NCBI GenBank assembly: GCA_015521765.1
Contig: WANO01000038.1
Coordinates: forward strand, 722 to 64,721
DNA length: 64,000 bases
Reading direction: 5' to 3'
DNA from: Desulfurococcales archaeon
Lineage (GTDB): Archaea > Thermoproteota > Thermoprotei_A > Sulfolobales > AG1
Position numbers and translations under genes: made by a program. Shown here in pieces: positions 18,725 through 28,966 of this stretch (positions are counted from its first letter, which is position 1; every line of letters starts with the position of its first letter). The notes beneath the pieces are model-generated. The model was given only the letters and a program-made list of their open reading frames with translations. It was not told the DNA's origin and did no database searches.

Positions 18725-19669
18725 GTGATCCATATGCCGAGAGAGGTGGCTGACGCATATATAGAACCTGATAAAACCGATATCGAGGACCTGATAGATA
18801 TATACAGCAGAATACACGGGTTCACAGCAGCGAGCATATATGAAGCCATAGATATGCTTCTTGAGATGCTTGATAAGGCGGATTTGAGATTCCTATCATT
18901 CACAGGAAACCTGGTATCCACGGGGCTAAGGGGGATACTGGCCCAGCTACTGGACCTCAAGATATTTAATGTAGTGATAACCACATGCGGGGCTATAGAC
19001 CATGACATAGCTAAGGGTATGGGGGGTAGGTATCTTAAAGGGTCTTTTGATATGGATGATCTAGAGCTGGCTAAGAAAGAGATCCATAGGCTAGGGAATA
19101 TATTGATCCCGAAAGAAAGCTACGGGCTTATAATAGAGAGATTCACCCACCAACTAGTGGATGAGCTAACCAAAGCCAAGAAGGAGTGGGGACCCCGAGA
19201 AATCCTTAGAGAGGCCGGAAAAAAGCTGAGTGGAGATAGAAACTCTATTCTCGGAGCCTCATACAGAAACAACATACCTATATACGTACCAGGCATCACG
19301 GATGGCGCTTTCGGCACTGCGCTATATACCAGATCCAAGATCACGGGACTGAAAATAGATCTATTCAAAGACATGGATGAGTTAGCCGAGCTAGTATTTA
19401 AATCAAGAGTTAGCGGAGCACTAATACTTGGTGGAGGAATAAGCAAGCACCACACAATATGGTGGAACCAGTTCAAGGAGGGGCTAGACTATGCCATATA
19501 TATAACCACAGCGATCGAGTGGGACGGTTCGCTGAGCGGGGCTAGGCCGAGGGAGGCTATAAGCTGGGGAAAACTCAAAGAGAGGTCCCGCAACACATAT
19601 ATATATGGCGACGCAACCGTGATCATGCCGATAATAGCTATGTACATAATCAAGAAGATAGCCAGATGA
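18725..19669 (+). CDS. dys: deoxyhypusine synthase
   Basis: 314 aa. LILGGGISKHHTI, TTCGAIDHDI and AISWGK motifs typical of DHS. Confidence 0.9.
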   Translation: MIHMPREVADAYIEPDKTDIEDLIDIYSRIHGFTAASIYEAIDMLLEMLDKADLRFLSFTGNLVSTGLRGILAQLLDLKIFNVVITTCGAIDHDIAKGMGGRYLKGSFDMDDLELAKKEIHRLGNILIPKESYGLIIERFTHQLVDELTKAKKEWGPREILREAGKKLSGDRNSILGASYRNNIPIYVPGITDGAFGTALYTRSKITGLKIDLFKDMDELAELVFKSRVSGALILGGGISKHHTIWWNQFKEGLDYAIYITTAIEWDGSLSGARPREAISWGKLKERSRNTYIYGDATVIMPIIAMYIIKKIAR

Positions 19670-20484
19670 AAACAATGCAGCCAACCCTAGAGGGCATCAT
19701 ATACGCATCAATACTTCAAGGCGTAAGCGAGTGGCTACCGATAAGCAGTAGCGGACAGGTTGTTCTCTATCTGTTCAACATTCTGAAGCTCGATCCAAGA
19801 GATGCCCTAGATATAGCCCTCATGCTTCATCTAGGAACAGCGCTGTCAGGGCTGGCATACTATGCCAGGGACCTCCTGGGGGAAAGGTGGAGAGAAAACT
19901 TTAGGTTTCTGGCTGTGAGCTATATATCCTCTATAGCTGTCGCCGCACCTATATATCTATATGTTATACCTAGCCTCACCATGTATCTGGATCAAGTAAA
20001 TATCTTTATAGGTGTAGCTCTTGTAGCTAGCGGCATTCTACTCAAGAAAGCAGGATCTAGGAGCCACGGCTCGAGCCATAGAGAATCAGGTGACTACACA
20101 CCCGATATCAGATCCTCAATAATATATGGGCTAGCTCAAGGAATAGCTATATTGCCTGGGTTATCGAGGAGCGCGCTAACGCTATTCACACTGATCTATC
20201 TCGGGTACGGGCCCTCGACAGCAGTTAAATACATGGTTCTAGGCGGGATACCAGCAACACTCACTGCTGGGGTGGTATCCCTATATATGGGTGCGGGTAC
20301 CCCTGGATCATATATAGACCCCTTAACTGGCGCTCTAGCCGTGGGCTTAACCTTTCTTGTAGGGGTGTCACTAATAAAGTTTCTGACTGTCTTCTCCAGT
20401 AGGGCGAGTGTGTATGTATTCAATATAGCTTTTGGATTATTCATAATAGCCCTGCACGTCCCGCTGCTTCTGCAACTGATCTAG
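19666..20484 (+). CDS. uppP: undecaprenyl-diphosphatase (UppP/BacA)
   Basis: GVSEWLPISSSGQ and PGLSRSALT motifs, multi-TM. Overlaps the dys stop by 4 nt. Confidence 0.85.
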   Translation: MKTMQPTLEGIIYASILQGVSEWLPISSSGQVVLYLFNILKLDPRDALDIALMLHLGTALSGLAYYARDLLGERWRENFRFLAVSYISSIAVAAPIYLYVIPSLTMYLDQVNIFIGVALVASGILLKKAGSRSHGSSHRESGDYTPDIRSSIIYGLAQGIAILPGLSRSALTLFTLIYLGYGPSTAVKYMVLGGIPATLTAGVVSLYMGAGTPGSYIDPLTGALAVGLTFLVGVSLIKFLTVFSSRASVYVFNIAFGLFIIALHVPLLLQLI

Positions 20485-20587
20485 AGTACAGGTACCGAAA
20501 CCCCAGATGGCTTGTGCAGAGAGGAAGCCCTGGCCTAGAATGGCTCTAGATAGGTCTTGAACCACCCATTATAATATCATATTATAT

Positions 20588-20941
20588 GTGTTGCGTATAT
20601 ATTATATTGGGGTAATTATGGTATCGGCCAAACTAAATAAAGTCATCAAGACCGGCGATAGGAGGTACGATGTGTATGTTGAGATAAACTATAAAGATAA
20701 GCTATACGAGCTGTATCTACCAAAACTCTCCAAGAAGCCCTCCGAGGTTAAATTAGAGGTTAGTGGTGACAGGCTTCATCTAAAGCTTGTGAGCAGGGAT
20801 GAAGGTATATGCTCGTGTGAGCTGGATCTTAAAGATATAGAGAAGGGGTGTGTGATGCTATCATGCAAACCCACGGCTGTATGGATCTCCGATACCGAGC
20901 TAATAAAGTCGCATAGGGTGTATCCCCTAGAATCGACATGA
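20588..20941 (+). CDS. hypothetical protein
   Basis: 117-aa ORF. A more likely start is the internal ATG at 20618 (MVSAKLNK). No family recognised. Confidence 0.4.
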   Translation: MLRIYYIGVIMVSAKLNKVIKTGDRRYDVYVEINYKDKLYELYLPKLSKKPSEVKLEVSGDRLHLKLVSRDEGICSCELDLKDIEKGCVMLSCKPTAVWISDTELIKSHRVYPLEST

Positions 20942-20965
20942 AGTATAGTCGGAAAGCCTTGCTCC

Positions 20966-22006
20966 CTACCTAACTATCCTTGATGACGCCTTCCTCAACC
21001 TATTCATGATGGCTAATCCTATACCCCTCTCTTCTACGGGTAGAGCTATACATAGATCTATATCCAGCTGGTCTATCTCTCTAAGCTTGGAGTATAGGTT
21101 TCTAGCCACCTCATACAGGTTATCTATAGACCCATAGGAGAGGTAGGCCACCCCCAGAGGCTCGAAGTATCGGGAGTACTCTTTTGGGCCAAGCACACAT
21201 ATTCTTAAACCCTCACCTATAAATGATCTTGCTACCTTAATGGCTCTCGGAATAGGATCCACGGTATCTATAAGGATTAAAGCTCTATCTGGAGCATAGT
21301 GCCTATACTTCGTACCAGGTGATAGAGCCCTATCGGCGCTCCCGAAGCCCCTAGCGAAGCTAGGTATGTCTATCCTGCCTATAGCCTTCTCTAGAAAATC
21401 AACATCTATGGGTCCGGGCCTTAGAAGTGTGGGGGGATCTGTAGTCAGATCTATAATAGTTGATTCGACACCAAAGAAAACCTCACCACCATCAAGTATA
21501 GCATCGATACTGCCCCCGAGGTCCCTCAACACATGTTCTGCCCTCGTCGGGCTGGGCTTACCGGATCTATTGGCGCTTGGAGCGGCTATCGGGGTCCCGG
21601 CCTCATCTATAAGCTTTAGAGCAACAGGGTGTGCTGGGCATCTGACGGCTACCTTATCTAGGCCTCCTGTAGTTACTTTGGGGACCTCTGCCCTCTTCCT
21701 CAAAACTATGGTTAGGGGTCCCGGCCATGCCTTATCGATCAGCCTATATGCCTCCTCGGGCACGTCGCGGGCTAGAATATCTATATGGTCGCTGCTGGAT
21801 ACGTGAACTATCAGCGGGTTATCGGCGGGTCTACCCTTAACCTTGAAGATCTTTTTCACAGCATCGGTGTTGAATGCATCGGCCCCAAGGCCATATACTG
21901 TTTCCGTTGGGAATGCAACCAGCCCGCCCTGTCTAATGATTTCTGCAGCAGCTTTCAGGATGTCTTTTTGTGGTTTAAGAGGATCCACCCTATATACTAT
22001 AGCCAT
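20966..22006 (-). CDS. sua5: threonylcarbamoyl-AMP synthase, Sua5 type (YrdC domain plus Sua5 C-domain)
   Basis: VAFPTETVYGLGADA, KGRPADNPLIVHV and SANRSGKPSP motifs. 346 aa, which implies the C-terminal Sua5 domain. Confidence 0.9.
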   Translation of the reverse strand: MAIVYRVDPLKPQKDILKAAAEIIRQGGLVAFPTETVYGLGADAFNTDAVKKIFKVKGRPADNPLIVHVSSSDHIDILARDVPEEAYRLIDKAWPGPLTIVLRKRAEVPKVTTGGLDKVAVRCPAHPVALKLIDEAGTPIAAPSANRSGKPSPTRAEHVLRDLGGSIDAILDGGEVFFGVESTIIDLTTDPPTLLRPGPIDVDFLEKAIGRIDIPSFARGFGSADRALSPGTKYRHYAPDRALILIDTVDPIPRAIKVARSFIGEGLRICVLGPKEYSRYFEPLGVAYLSYGSIDNLYEVARNLYSKLREIDQLDIDLCIALPVEERGIGLAIMNRLRKASSRIVR

Positions 22007-22237
22007 TATAGCCTACCCGCAGAATACGTTTATTACCTTGTGCTGCATCCGGCTCCAGCCCTGATCTAGTATTTCATTAGACAGATAATTAGCTAAGAGG
22101 TTAAGCGGATCCTGAGAGCCCCAATAGGGGGACCTCCAGAGAAAATTAGCATTAATTAAATTGTTTCCGCCAGAAAAGCTGACTCGATTAAAATTGGGGT
22201 TGAGGCATACAGTATCTATGACATGTCTGCGTGAGGG

Positions 22238-23161
22238 CTAAACCATTCTAGGCTTCAGTATGTGTTCCACACTAGCTATAGGCTTACCATTAACCTGTAT
22301 CGGCACCTTGGCTGGCGGGATCTTGAGGTAGCCAGGTATCCTGTTGGCTATCCTCTCCTCATATGTTGGGACATGGGGGTTCTGGTAGAATACCCCGGCA
22401 TATATCTTGTCTCCGTAGAGATCCGAGAGGTCCCAGGCCCTCTTAATCTTATCGCTGGCCTCCTCAGGAGACTTCACCACGGGGTCCCAGTCCGGAAACT
22501 CCTTCTCTAGATAGGCAACCTTTTGGGCGTACACCTCCTTTGTGTATACATCGTTGTATGTGGGGCATGGCTGGAGGACCTCAACGACCGATAGACCCTT
22601 ATGCTGGATAGCCTTCTTAATAACCTCCTTAAGGTGCTGAACATTATACGCGTATCCCCTAGCGACAAAGGTGTATCCAGACGCGAGAGCCAATCTAACC
22701 GGGTTTATGGGGTCCTGCATGTTTGGCATTGGCAGAGCCTTAGTCTTTATGCCTCTTGGAAGGGTTGGGGAGGCCTGACCCTTGGTTAATCCGTAAACCT
22801 GGTTGTTATGGATAATTATCGTTATATCGATGTTCCTTCTGCCCACAGAGACGAAGTGGCCCACACCTATACCCAGCTGATCGCCGTCGCCCCCGAAAAC
22901 AACCACAGTAAGCTCCGGGTTAGCCAGCTTGAGGCCCGAGGCGAAAGTTACTGCTCTTCCATGAAGAGTGTGTACACCATGTACATTGAAGTAGTGGGGT
23001 ATCTTGCCTGAGCAACCGATACCCCCGACAACGACAGTTTTATAGGGATCCAGCTTGAGCTCGGCGAAGGCCATTAATGCTGCATTCAATATACCGTAGT
23101 CGCCACAGCCTGGACACCAATCGGGGTTGAGGTTAGACTTATATGTTTGCATCAAAGCCAT
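22238..23161 (-). CDS. 2-oxoacid:ferredoxin oxidoreductase, beta (TPP-binding) subunit
   Basis: [18 protein letters not shown] and GGDGD motifs. Confidence 0.85.
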   Translation of the reverse strand: MALMQTYKSNLNPDWCPGCGDYGILNAALMAFAELKLDPYKTVVVGGIGCSGKIPHYFNVHGVHTLHGRAVTFASGLKLANPELTVVVFGGDGDQLGIGVGHFVSVGRRNIDITIIIHNNQVYGLTKGQASPTLPRGIKTKALPMPNMQDPINPVRLALASGYTFVARGYAYNVQHLKEVIKKAIQHKGLSVVEVLQPCPTYNDVYTKEVYAQKVAYLEKEFPDWDPVVKSPEEASDKIKRAWDLSDLYGDKIYAGVFYQNPHVPTYEERIANRIPGYLKIPPAKVPIQVNGKPIASVEHILKPRMV

Positions 23162-23249
23162 AATAACACCATCTAAACCTGTTATAATTCTCTAGCTCAC
23201 TTTTAAAGTTTAACAGCCTTAATTATATCGGTAATTATAGAGATATAAA

Positions 23250-23549
23250 CTATGGTGCAGATATAGATCTAGATCTCTTCTTCCCTCTAACCCTCACTAG
23301 AACATATGTGTAGCCCCTGACCTCACCAACTACAGCGCCGATTCTTTCGGCAAGCCTGGCCATGTCTTCATCGCTCACCTTAGCTCTAGCAGATTTTAGG
23401 AGGCGAACCTTAATCATTCCTGATGTCTCTAGCCTACGCTTGATCTCGTTCTCGATCCCTTCAGTAAGGCCGTTTTTACCCACTATAACGTCTACACCTC
23501 TGGACGACATCTTTCTTCTTATATCTTTCTTTCTAACCATGGATAACAC
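23250..23549 (-). CDS. YhbY/CRM-domain RNA-binding protein
   Basis: VIVGKNGLTEGIENEIKRRLE...IKVRLL...G..YVLVR pattern of the CRS1/YhbY domain. Confidence 0.7.
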   Translation of the reverse strand: MLSMVRKKDIRRKMSSRGVDVIVGKNGLTEGIENEIKRRLETSGMIKVRLLKSARAKVSDEDMARLAERIGAVVGEVRGYTYVLVRVRGKKRSRSISAP

Positions 23550-23710
23550 CTGTAGCAGCTAACCCAATAAATATCATCGATAGAGCCCTTATAGGGTGGG
23601 GGTATCTAGGTATTCTAGAAATACATCTATATTATGTTAGCTGAGCAGAAGAATTTGAAAATATATTGTCTAGTGCTTGATGGTCCCGTAAGATCATAAG
23701 CCACTTATAC

Positions 23711-24061
23711 TTATTGGACGGGATCGCCTGTTATGCCATAGTTCTGCTTCCACTCCTCAAAGATCTTCTTTTCAGTATCGTCTAGCTCCCTGGAGAACCT
23801 ATACCATCCACTCTTAGCCTTTGAATCATCGGGGGCCTGGCTGGTTTGCCAGATGCAGTTCACGGGGCACACACTTATACAGCTTCTATCATCTATGCAT
23901 AGGTCCCATATCAGCCTTGCTTTAGCGTTCTCATCCATCTCAAGGGCTTGTGTTGGGCATACAGCTACGCATGCGCCACAGCTTATACATATGTCTTGAT
24001 CTATAACTATTCTCTCGTATTTCTTGAGTTCTTCTCCTGTGGGTGCGGACATTTGATACAC
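23711..24061 (-). CDS. 2x[4Fe-4S] ferredoxin-domain protein
   Basis: CISCGACVAVCP and C..DDRSCISVCPVNC cluster motifs. Confidence 0.8.
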   Translation of the reverse strand: MYQMSAPTGEELKKYERIVIDQDICISCGACVAVCPTQALEMDENAKARLIWDLCIDDRSCISVCPVNCIWQTSQAPDDSKAKSGWYRFSRELDDTEKKIFEEWKQNYGITGDPVQ

Positions 24062-24120
24062 CCTTTAATTAATGCTAAAAATTTATAAATATGGGTCACC
24101 TTAAATTTAAGGTGCGTGGG

Positions 24121-24762
24121 ATGAGATATTTTATAACCGATATACTTATAGAGCATAGAGGCTGCAAGATACAGTATATATCCCACATATGCGAGTCGTT
24201 CCAGTTTTTGGGGATCCAGTCCGGAGGCTCAAGGATCTATTATATAGGATATAGATGCAGCAGCGACGTGAAGGATAGAGATCTCCCGAGCGGGGTTAGG
24301 GTATATAGGCTGGGTAACGGCAGGAGTCTTTTTATAGTTGATAAATGCCTCGAGCATGTGGTGTTGGGGGACCTCGATGTAGTGTTGCTGAACCAGTATA
24401 TACGGGATTGGAAGCCCGTCGTTAGTGTTCTGGTTAGGGGGACCTCCCATCTGAAGAGGGTGCTGAAGCACCTATACACCAACAATCTGAGACCCTTCGT
24501 TATTGGTATGAGGAGTCTGGATTCTGTTGGTAGATCTAGAATATCTAGGAGGCAGGAGCAGGTTCTGGTTCTAGCCTATAGTAGAGGGTTCTTTAATAAG
24601 CCGCGGGGGACCACGCTGGTTGAGCTCTCTAGGGAGCTCAATATTACTGCGGCAACTCTAAACGAGATTATTAGGATTGGTGTTAGGAAGCTTATTGAGA
24701 GATACCTTATAGATAATGGGCTGTTATCCAGGATCGGTGGGGGGCAGCTGGGTAATGATTAG
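24121..24762 (+). CDS. transcriptional regulator with C-terminal HTH_10 (Bat-type) domain
   Basis: ISRRQEQVLVLAYSRGFFNKPRGTTLVELSRELNITAATLNEIIRIGVRKLI matches the HTH_10 signature. ATG 24121 is preceded by AGGTG. The ORF is open from 24091. Confidence 0.65.
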   Translation: MRYFITDILIEHRGCKIQYISHICESFQFLGIQSGGSRIYYIGYRCSSDVKDRDLPSGVRVYRLGNGRSLFIVDKCLEHVVLGDLDVVLLNQYIRDWKPVVSVLVRGTSHLKRVLKHLYTNNLRPFVIGMRSLDSVGRSRISRRQEQVLVLAYSRGFFNKPRGTTLVELSRELNITAATLNEIIRIGVRKLIERYLIDNGLLSRIGGGQLGND

Positions 24763-26293
24763 GCTGGATGAATGCAGGAGATGCCCGAGGATAGCTATCG
24801 TATTCCCGATATATAGGAGAGCTGCTTTTGGCGGCTTGTTCCCGTATATTGTTAGGGAGTTCCTCGATCCGAGGAGGGTTTCTATAGATCTATATTTCTC
24901 TGACCATAGGAAGAACGGGCTGTGGGTTGGGTATTATTCGGGGAGGCCTCTAGCCAAGAACGACTATATACTCTTCTCCCTATCCTACGAGCTGGACTAC
25001 TACACGATGGTTAGAGCTCTTATCGAGAACGGTATCGAGCCTTACAGAGATAGAAGGAGGGGGACCCCCATAATTATTGTTGGGGGCCCCGCTGTAACCG
25101 GGAATCCAAGGCCCCTGGACTATATAGTTGATGTAGCCGTTGTGGGCGAGGCCGAACCCTTTCTGGCTGGGCTTCAGGAGCATGCTGATGCCGGTAGCGG
25201 TGGCTATAAATCGTTTATAGAGGAGATCAGTGGGGTCCCCGGAGCCTACATACCTGAGCTAGGCAATCGTGTTGAGAGGGCTTGGGTCAGGGATCTTGAT
25301 AGGCTTCACCACCCTATATACCAGTATGAATCCAGCAGCAGGGATCTGGTCTATGGATACGGGCTGAGGGTTGAGGCGACTAGAGGGTGCTATAGATCAT
25401 GTTCATTCTGTATGGAGGGCCATATCTTTGTTCCGTTTAGATTCAGGAGATCGGGGACCCTCATAGATATCATTGAGAAGGGCACATCTATAGCTGGTGT
25501 GGATAGGGTTGTGTTCTTCTCGCTATCCCTCTTCGACAGCCCCGAGATAGATAGGGTGCTTGAGTGGTTGGTTTCCAACAACTATAAGGCTAGCATACCA
25601 TCTGTAAGGCTGGAGACTCTAAACGATGATAGGTTAGAGCTTATCGCTATGCTTGGACAGAAAACCCTAACTATAGCTCCGGAAACCGCATCTGAGAGTA
25701 TTGGATGCCTGATCAGGAAGCCCTATTCCATCGAGTCAGTGGTTGATGTGGCATCTAAATCCCTGAGGATAGGGATCCAGACAGTGAAGCTCTACTACAT
25801 AATTGGTTTCCCAGGCGAGGATGATGGCGATGTGGAGGGGATCGCTAAAACCGCAAACAGAATAGTTGAGAGCTACAGAGGTAGACCCCGCAGAAAGATT
25901 GTGCACTTAAGCATAAACCCGCTAATACCCAAGCCTCAAACACCTATGCAGTGGCTGGGGTTGATGAGTGAAGATGAGTATAGGAGAAAGATTAGGCTCC
26001 TTAGGGGAAGCCTGTTGAGGGGCTCTATAGAGATCGATTTTCTAGACTACAGAGTTGCTTACGTAACCGCTGCAATTGGGCTTGGGGATAGTGAGATCGG
26101 TAGAGTTATAGTTGAGTGGGCTACGAATGGAGATGGCTTTTTAGCCGGGTTCCTGAGGGCTGCTAATGATCTGGGAATAGATCTAAGCTACGTATCTTCG
26201 GGAAGAGAGCTTGGATCCGAGCTTCCCTGGAGCGTGATCAGAGACTCGAGAATGGGCTATTTTGAGGGTGAGTACAGATCCAAATTCCTTTAA
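24755..26293 (+). CDS. radical SAM protein with N-terminal B12-binding-like domain
   Basis: CxxxCxxC motif (GCYRSCSFCMEG) and an N-terminal Rossmann-like region (PIIIVGGPAVTGNP). The start ATG overlaps the upstream stop (ATGATTAG). Confidence 0.75.
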   Translation: MIRLDECRRCPRIAIVFPIYRRAAFGGLFPYIVREFLDPRRVSIDLYFSDHRKNGLWVGYYSGRPLAKNDYILFSLSYELDYYTMVRALIENGIEPYRDRRRGTPIIIVGGPAVTGNPRPLDYIVDVAVVGEAEPFLAGLQEHADAGSGGYKSFIEEISGVPGAYIPELGNRVERAWVRDLDRLHHPIYQYESSSRDLVYGYGLRVEATRGCYRSCSFCMEGHIFVPFRFRRSGTLIDIIEKGTSIAGVDRVVFFSLSLFDSPEIDRVLEWLVSNNYKASIPSVRLETLNDDRLELIAMLGQKTLTIAPETASESIGCLIRKPYSIESVVDVASKSLRIGIQTVKLYYIIGFPGEDDGDVEGIAKTANRIVESYRGRPRRKIVHLSINPLIPKPQTPMQWLGLMSEDEYRRKIRLLRGSLLRGSIEIDFLDYRVAYVTAAIGLGDSEIGRVIVEWATNGDGFLAGFLRAANDLGIDLSYVSSGRELGSELPWSVIRDSRMGYFEGEYRSKFL

Positions 26294-26319
26294 GCTAAAA
26301 TATATGGAGAGCTCTAAGA

Positions 26320-27861
26320 TCATGTCCTCTTCGACTCTACAGCTTTCTCAAACCTGTATTTGGGGTTCACATACTCATCCAGGGCTAAACCTATCAGCAC
26401 AAACCCCAGCGTGAACGAAACCACACCGGTTAGGGGCGGGAGAATCCACCACCACGCACCATTAACCAGTGCACCCTCGTAGTAGGCTTGGTTAAGCATT
26501 CTTCCCCATGAGGGGAATGTGGGGTCCCCGAATCCCAGTAGCTGGACAAGCACCTCGTTGAATATGACTGTGGGTACCTCTATAACCACTCCATACACTA
26601 TAAGTGGAACCATTGCCGGGATAATATGCTTCCTTATTATTCTCCCTGAACCCGCTCCAAGAGCTATAGCTGCCTCAACATACTGCTCGTTCCTGAGTGC
26701 TAGGGCCCACGATCTTGATAGCCTGGCTATCACCGGCCAGGAGAGCATGATTATAACTATATATATAACCAGCGTGCTCCTCCCGAAGAAGAGTGATGCA
26801 GCTATAAGTAGTGGCAGTCCCGGCAGCATGAATGTCATGTCGGTTATGAACGATACTAGGTGATCTAGCTTGCTGCCTCCCCTATACCCGGCTATGGAGC
26901 CTAGGAGTATACCGAAGAACACGATCACTATGGCGGCGCTTACACCGAATATATTGGCTACACGCGCTCCAAGTAGGAATTGCGCGAACACGTCTCTGCC
27001 TGCATGATCCGTTCCCATCACACCGTAGGCTAGCCCATAAACCCTTATCTTCACGTCGCCCAGTCTAAACACCGCTTCGGCATCTTCACATCTGGCTGCT
27101 GGCTCGCATATGTAGGTTATGTTTATTCTTATGCTTATAGCTGTGTCTTTCGAGAATATTAGCTCGCTTACTGGGTTAACGTATATTGGTATTTTATATG
27201 GCTGGAAGGAATTGATCATGTGGTAGGGAAGTCTAATCGATGTCTCTATAGATTTATTAGTGTGCTCAAACTGCTGTGTGTTGAGCACGCTAAATGGTGG
27301 GTCTCTATAGTATATGTAGTACCACCTTGGAACAATATAGTACGTGTCCCCCTGAGTTATGTTTCTGAATGATCCCTCAAGATCCCTGTTATAGAGATAG
27401 TATGTTACCGAGTACCCCGGAGACGTATCGCCTCTCAGATCTATTGTGTAGTTCACTGTTGCTAATATAGATCTTGGAGGATCCTTCGTGTATATGAATC
27501 GATCCACAGACTCAACTATAAAGACCCCTCTTCCGCCCCCCGACACCTTGATAATATCTTCACCCGTATCTATCTCTAGACGCCCCTCCCTCTCTACGGC
27601 GACAAGCCTCCAGCCACTATATATATATTCCTGGTTCACCGGTATGTTTGGGTTGAAGAATGTGAACCATTCAGGAACTGCTAGTGTGTCGGCCACCTGC
27701 TGGCTTGTTGCTTCAGGATCAATTAGGTATGTCGGCCCCAGAAACCCGAGAACCAGGTAGGATATAACTATAGCTAGCCCCAGCACTCCTTTCCTGCTTT
27801 TCAGGATTATATATATGATCTCTGAAACGCTCGACACATGCGACCCTGATGAAACGCTCAA
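26320..27861 (-). CDS. ABC peptide-type transporter permease (OppC/DppC-like) with about 230-aa extracytoplasmic insertion
   Basis: GTDHAGRDVF motif and an EAA-loop region (YVEAAIALGAGSGRIIRKHIIP). 513 aa against about 300 for standard DppC. Confidence 0.85.
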   Translation of the reverse strand: MSVSSGSHVSSVSEIIYIILKSRKGVLGLAIVISYLVLGFLGPTYLIDPEATSQQVADTLAVPEWFTFFNPNIPVNQEYIYSGWRLVAVEREGRLEIDTGEDIIKVSGGGRGVFIVESVDRFIYTKDPPRSILATVNYTIDLRGDTSPGYSVTYYLYNRDLEGSFRNITQGDTYYIVPRWYYIYYRDPPFSVLNTQQFEHTNKSIETSIRLPYHMINSFQPYKIPIYVNPVSELIFSKDTAISIRINITYICEPAARCEDAEAVFRLGDVKIRVYGLAYGVMGTDHAGRDVFAQFLLGARVANIFGVSAAIVIVFFGILLGSIAGYRGGSKLDHLVSFITDMTFMLPGLPLLIAASLFFGRSTLVIYIVIIMLSWPVIARLSRSWALALRNEQYVEAAIALGAGSGRIIRKHIIPAMVPLIVYGVVIEVPTVIFNEVLVQLLGFGDPTFPSWGRMLNQAYYEGALVNGAWWWILPPLTGVVSFTLGFVLIGLALDEYVNPKYRFEKAVESKRT

Positions 27862-27867
27862 GCACCC

Positions 27868-28911
27868 TCACCTCTCGCCTATCCTGACCCTAGGATCGAT
27901 TATAGCTATAATGACGTCAGCGAGATACAGCGAGATAACCACTAGCATTGCTGATACAACGAAGAAGGCCAGTATCACTGGGTAATCGTAATTCTGGAAC
28001 GCCTGATAGGCATAGTAAGCTATACCGGGCCACGATGACAGTATCTCGATAGCTATAGATCCGCCGAATATTCCTGGCATCGCGTACGCAAGCCTAGTCA
28101 CTATTGGGGGCTTAAGGTTTGGGGTTATCTCCCTAAATATTATTGTCTCGTCGCTAAGCCCCTTGGCTCTAGCTGTCGTAACATACTCGTTCCCCATCTC
28201 CGCTATTACCAGCTGCCTAAAGAAGTATGCCCATGACCCGAAGAAAGAGATTAGCGAGGCCACATACAGGGGTGTCAGATACCATAGCCAGTAGGCTATA
28301 TTGCTGAGGCTAAGCTCCGAGGGTGATGGAGGCCTTACTGGCAGGGGGACTATGTATACTCCGAATGTTGTTTTGGGTATATAGGCGAATACTATGTATA
28401 TCAGCAGTAGCATTATCCATGGGGGCATAACGAACGCGGCTATACCGGATAGGGTAAGCAGGGTGTCTAGAGCCTTGCCTCGTGTTTTAGCTAGATAGAG
28501 GCTTACGTAGTAGCCGAAAACTATCGGGACTATTGTTGCGAAGACATATAGTGCTAATGTATATGGTAGCCTAGCCAGTATCTCGTCCGATACCTTTCTG
28601 TTCGAGTAGAGTGAGTAGCCGAAGTCGAATGTGAATACGTTTTTAAGGAACAGCAGTAGCTGATCCGGTATCAGCGGCCTGTCTAGCCCGAATGTCCTTA
28701 TAGTGAACTCCACTAGCCCCGTGAATCTAGGGTCATCCTGGTTCCTTAAAACACTCATCAGGAAGGGGTCAGTCTGACTTGGCAGAAACAGGCTTCCTCC
28801 CGAGAGGGGGACTGGTAGGGCTCTCACAAATATAAAGAAAAATATTATGGAGACCAGAAAAACGAGAAACATCACTATTGATCTCGTTATTATGTATCTT
28901 GAAAGCGACAT
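27868..28911 (-). CDS. ABC peptide-type transporter permease (OppB/DppB-like)
   Basis: N-terminus MSLSRYIITRSIVMF is typical of DppB. EAA loop YVTTARAKGLSDETIIFREITPN. The ORF is open to 28992, but Met28 gives the family-typical start. Confidence 0.85.
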   Translation of the reverse strand: MSLSRYIITRSIVMFLVFLVSIIFFFIFVRALPVPLSGGSLFLPSQTDPFLMSVLRNQDDPRFTGLVEFTIRTFGLDRPLIPDQLLLFLKNVFTFDFGYSLYSNRKVSDEILARLPYTLALYVFATIVPIVFGYYVSLYLAKTRGKALDTLLTLSGIAAFVMPPWIMLLLIYIVFAYIPKTTFGVYIVPLPVRPPSPSELSLSNIAYWLWYLTPLYVASLISFFGSWAYFFRQLVIAEMGNEYVTTARAKGLSDETIIFREITPNLKPPIVTRLAYAMPGIFGGSIAIEILSSWPGIAYYAYQAFQNYDYPVILAFFVVSAMLVVISLYLADVIIAIIDPRVRIGER

Positions 28912-28966
28912 TTGGGTTCCGTGTATTATTATTGTTTGAGTAGGAATATTTCTCAACAGATACGGA

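Noticed and set aside
21366-22069. Plus-strand ORFs antisense to sua5
   Set aside because: Sua5 motifs on the minus strand are unambiguous. The plus-strand products are low-complexity.
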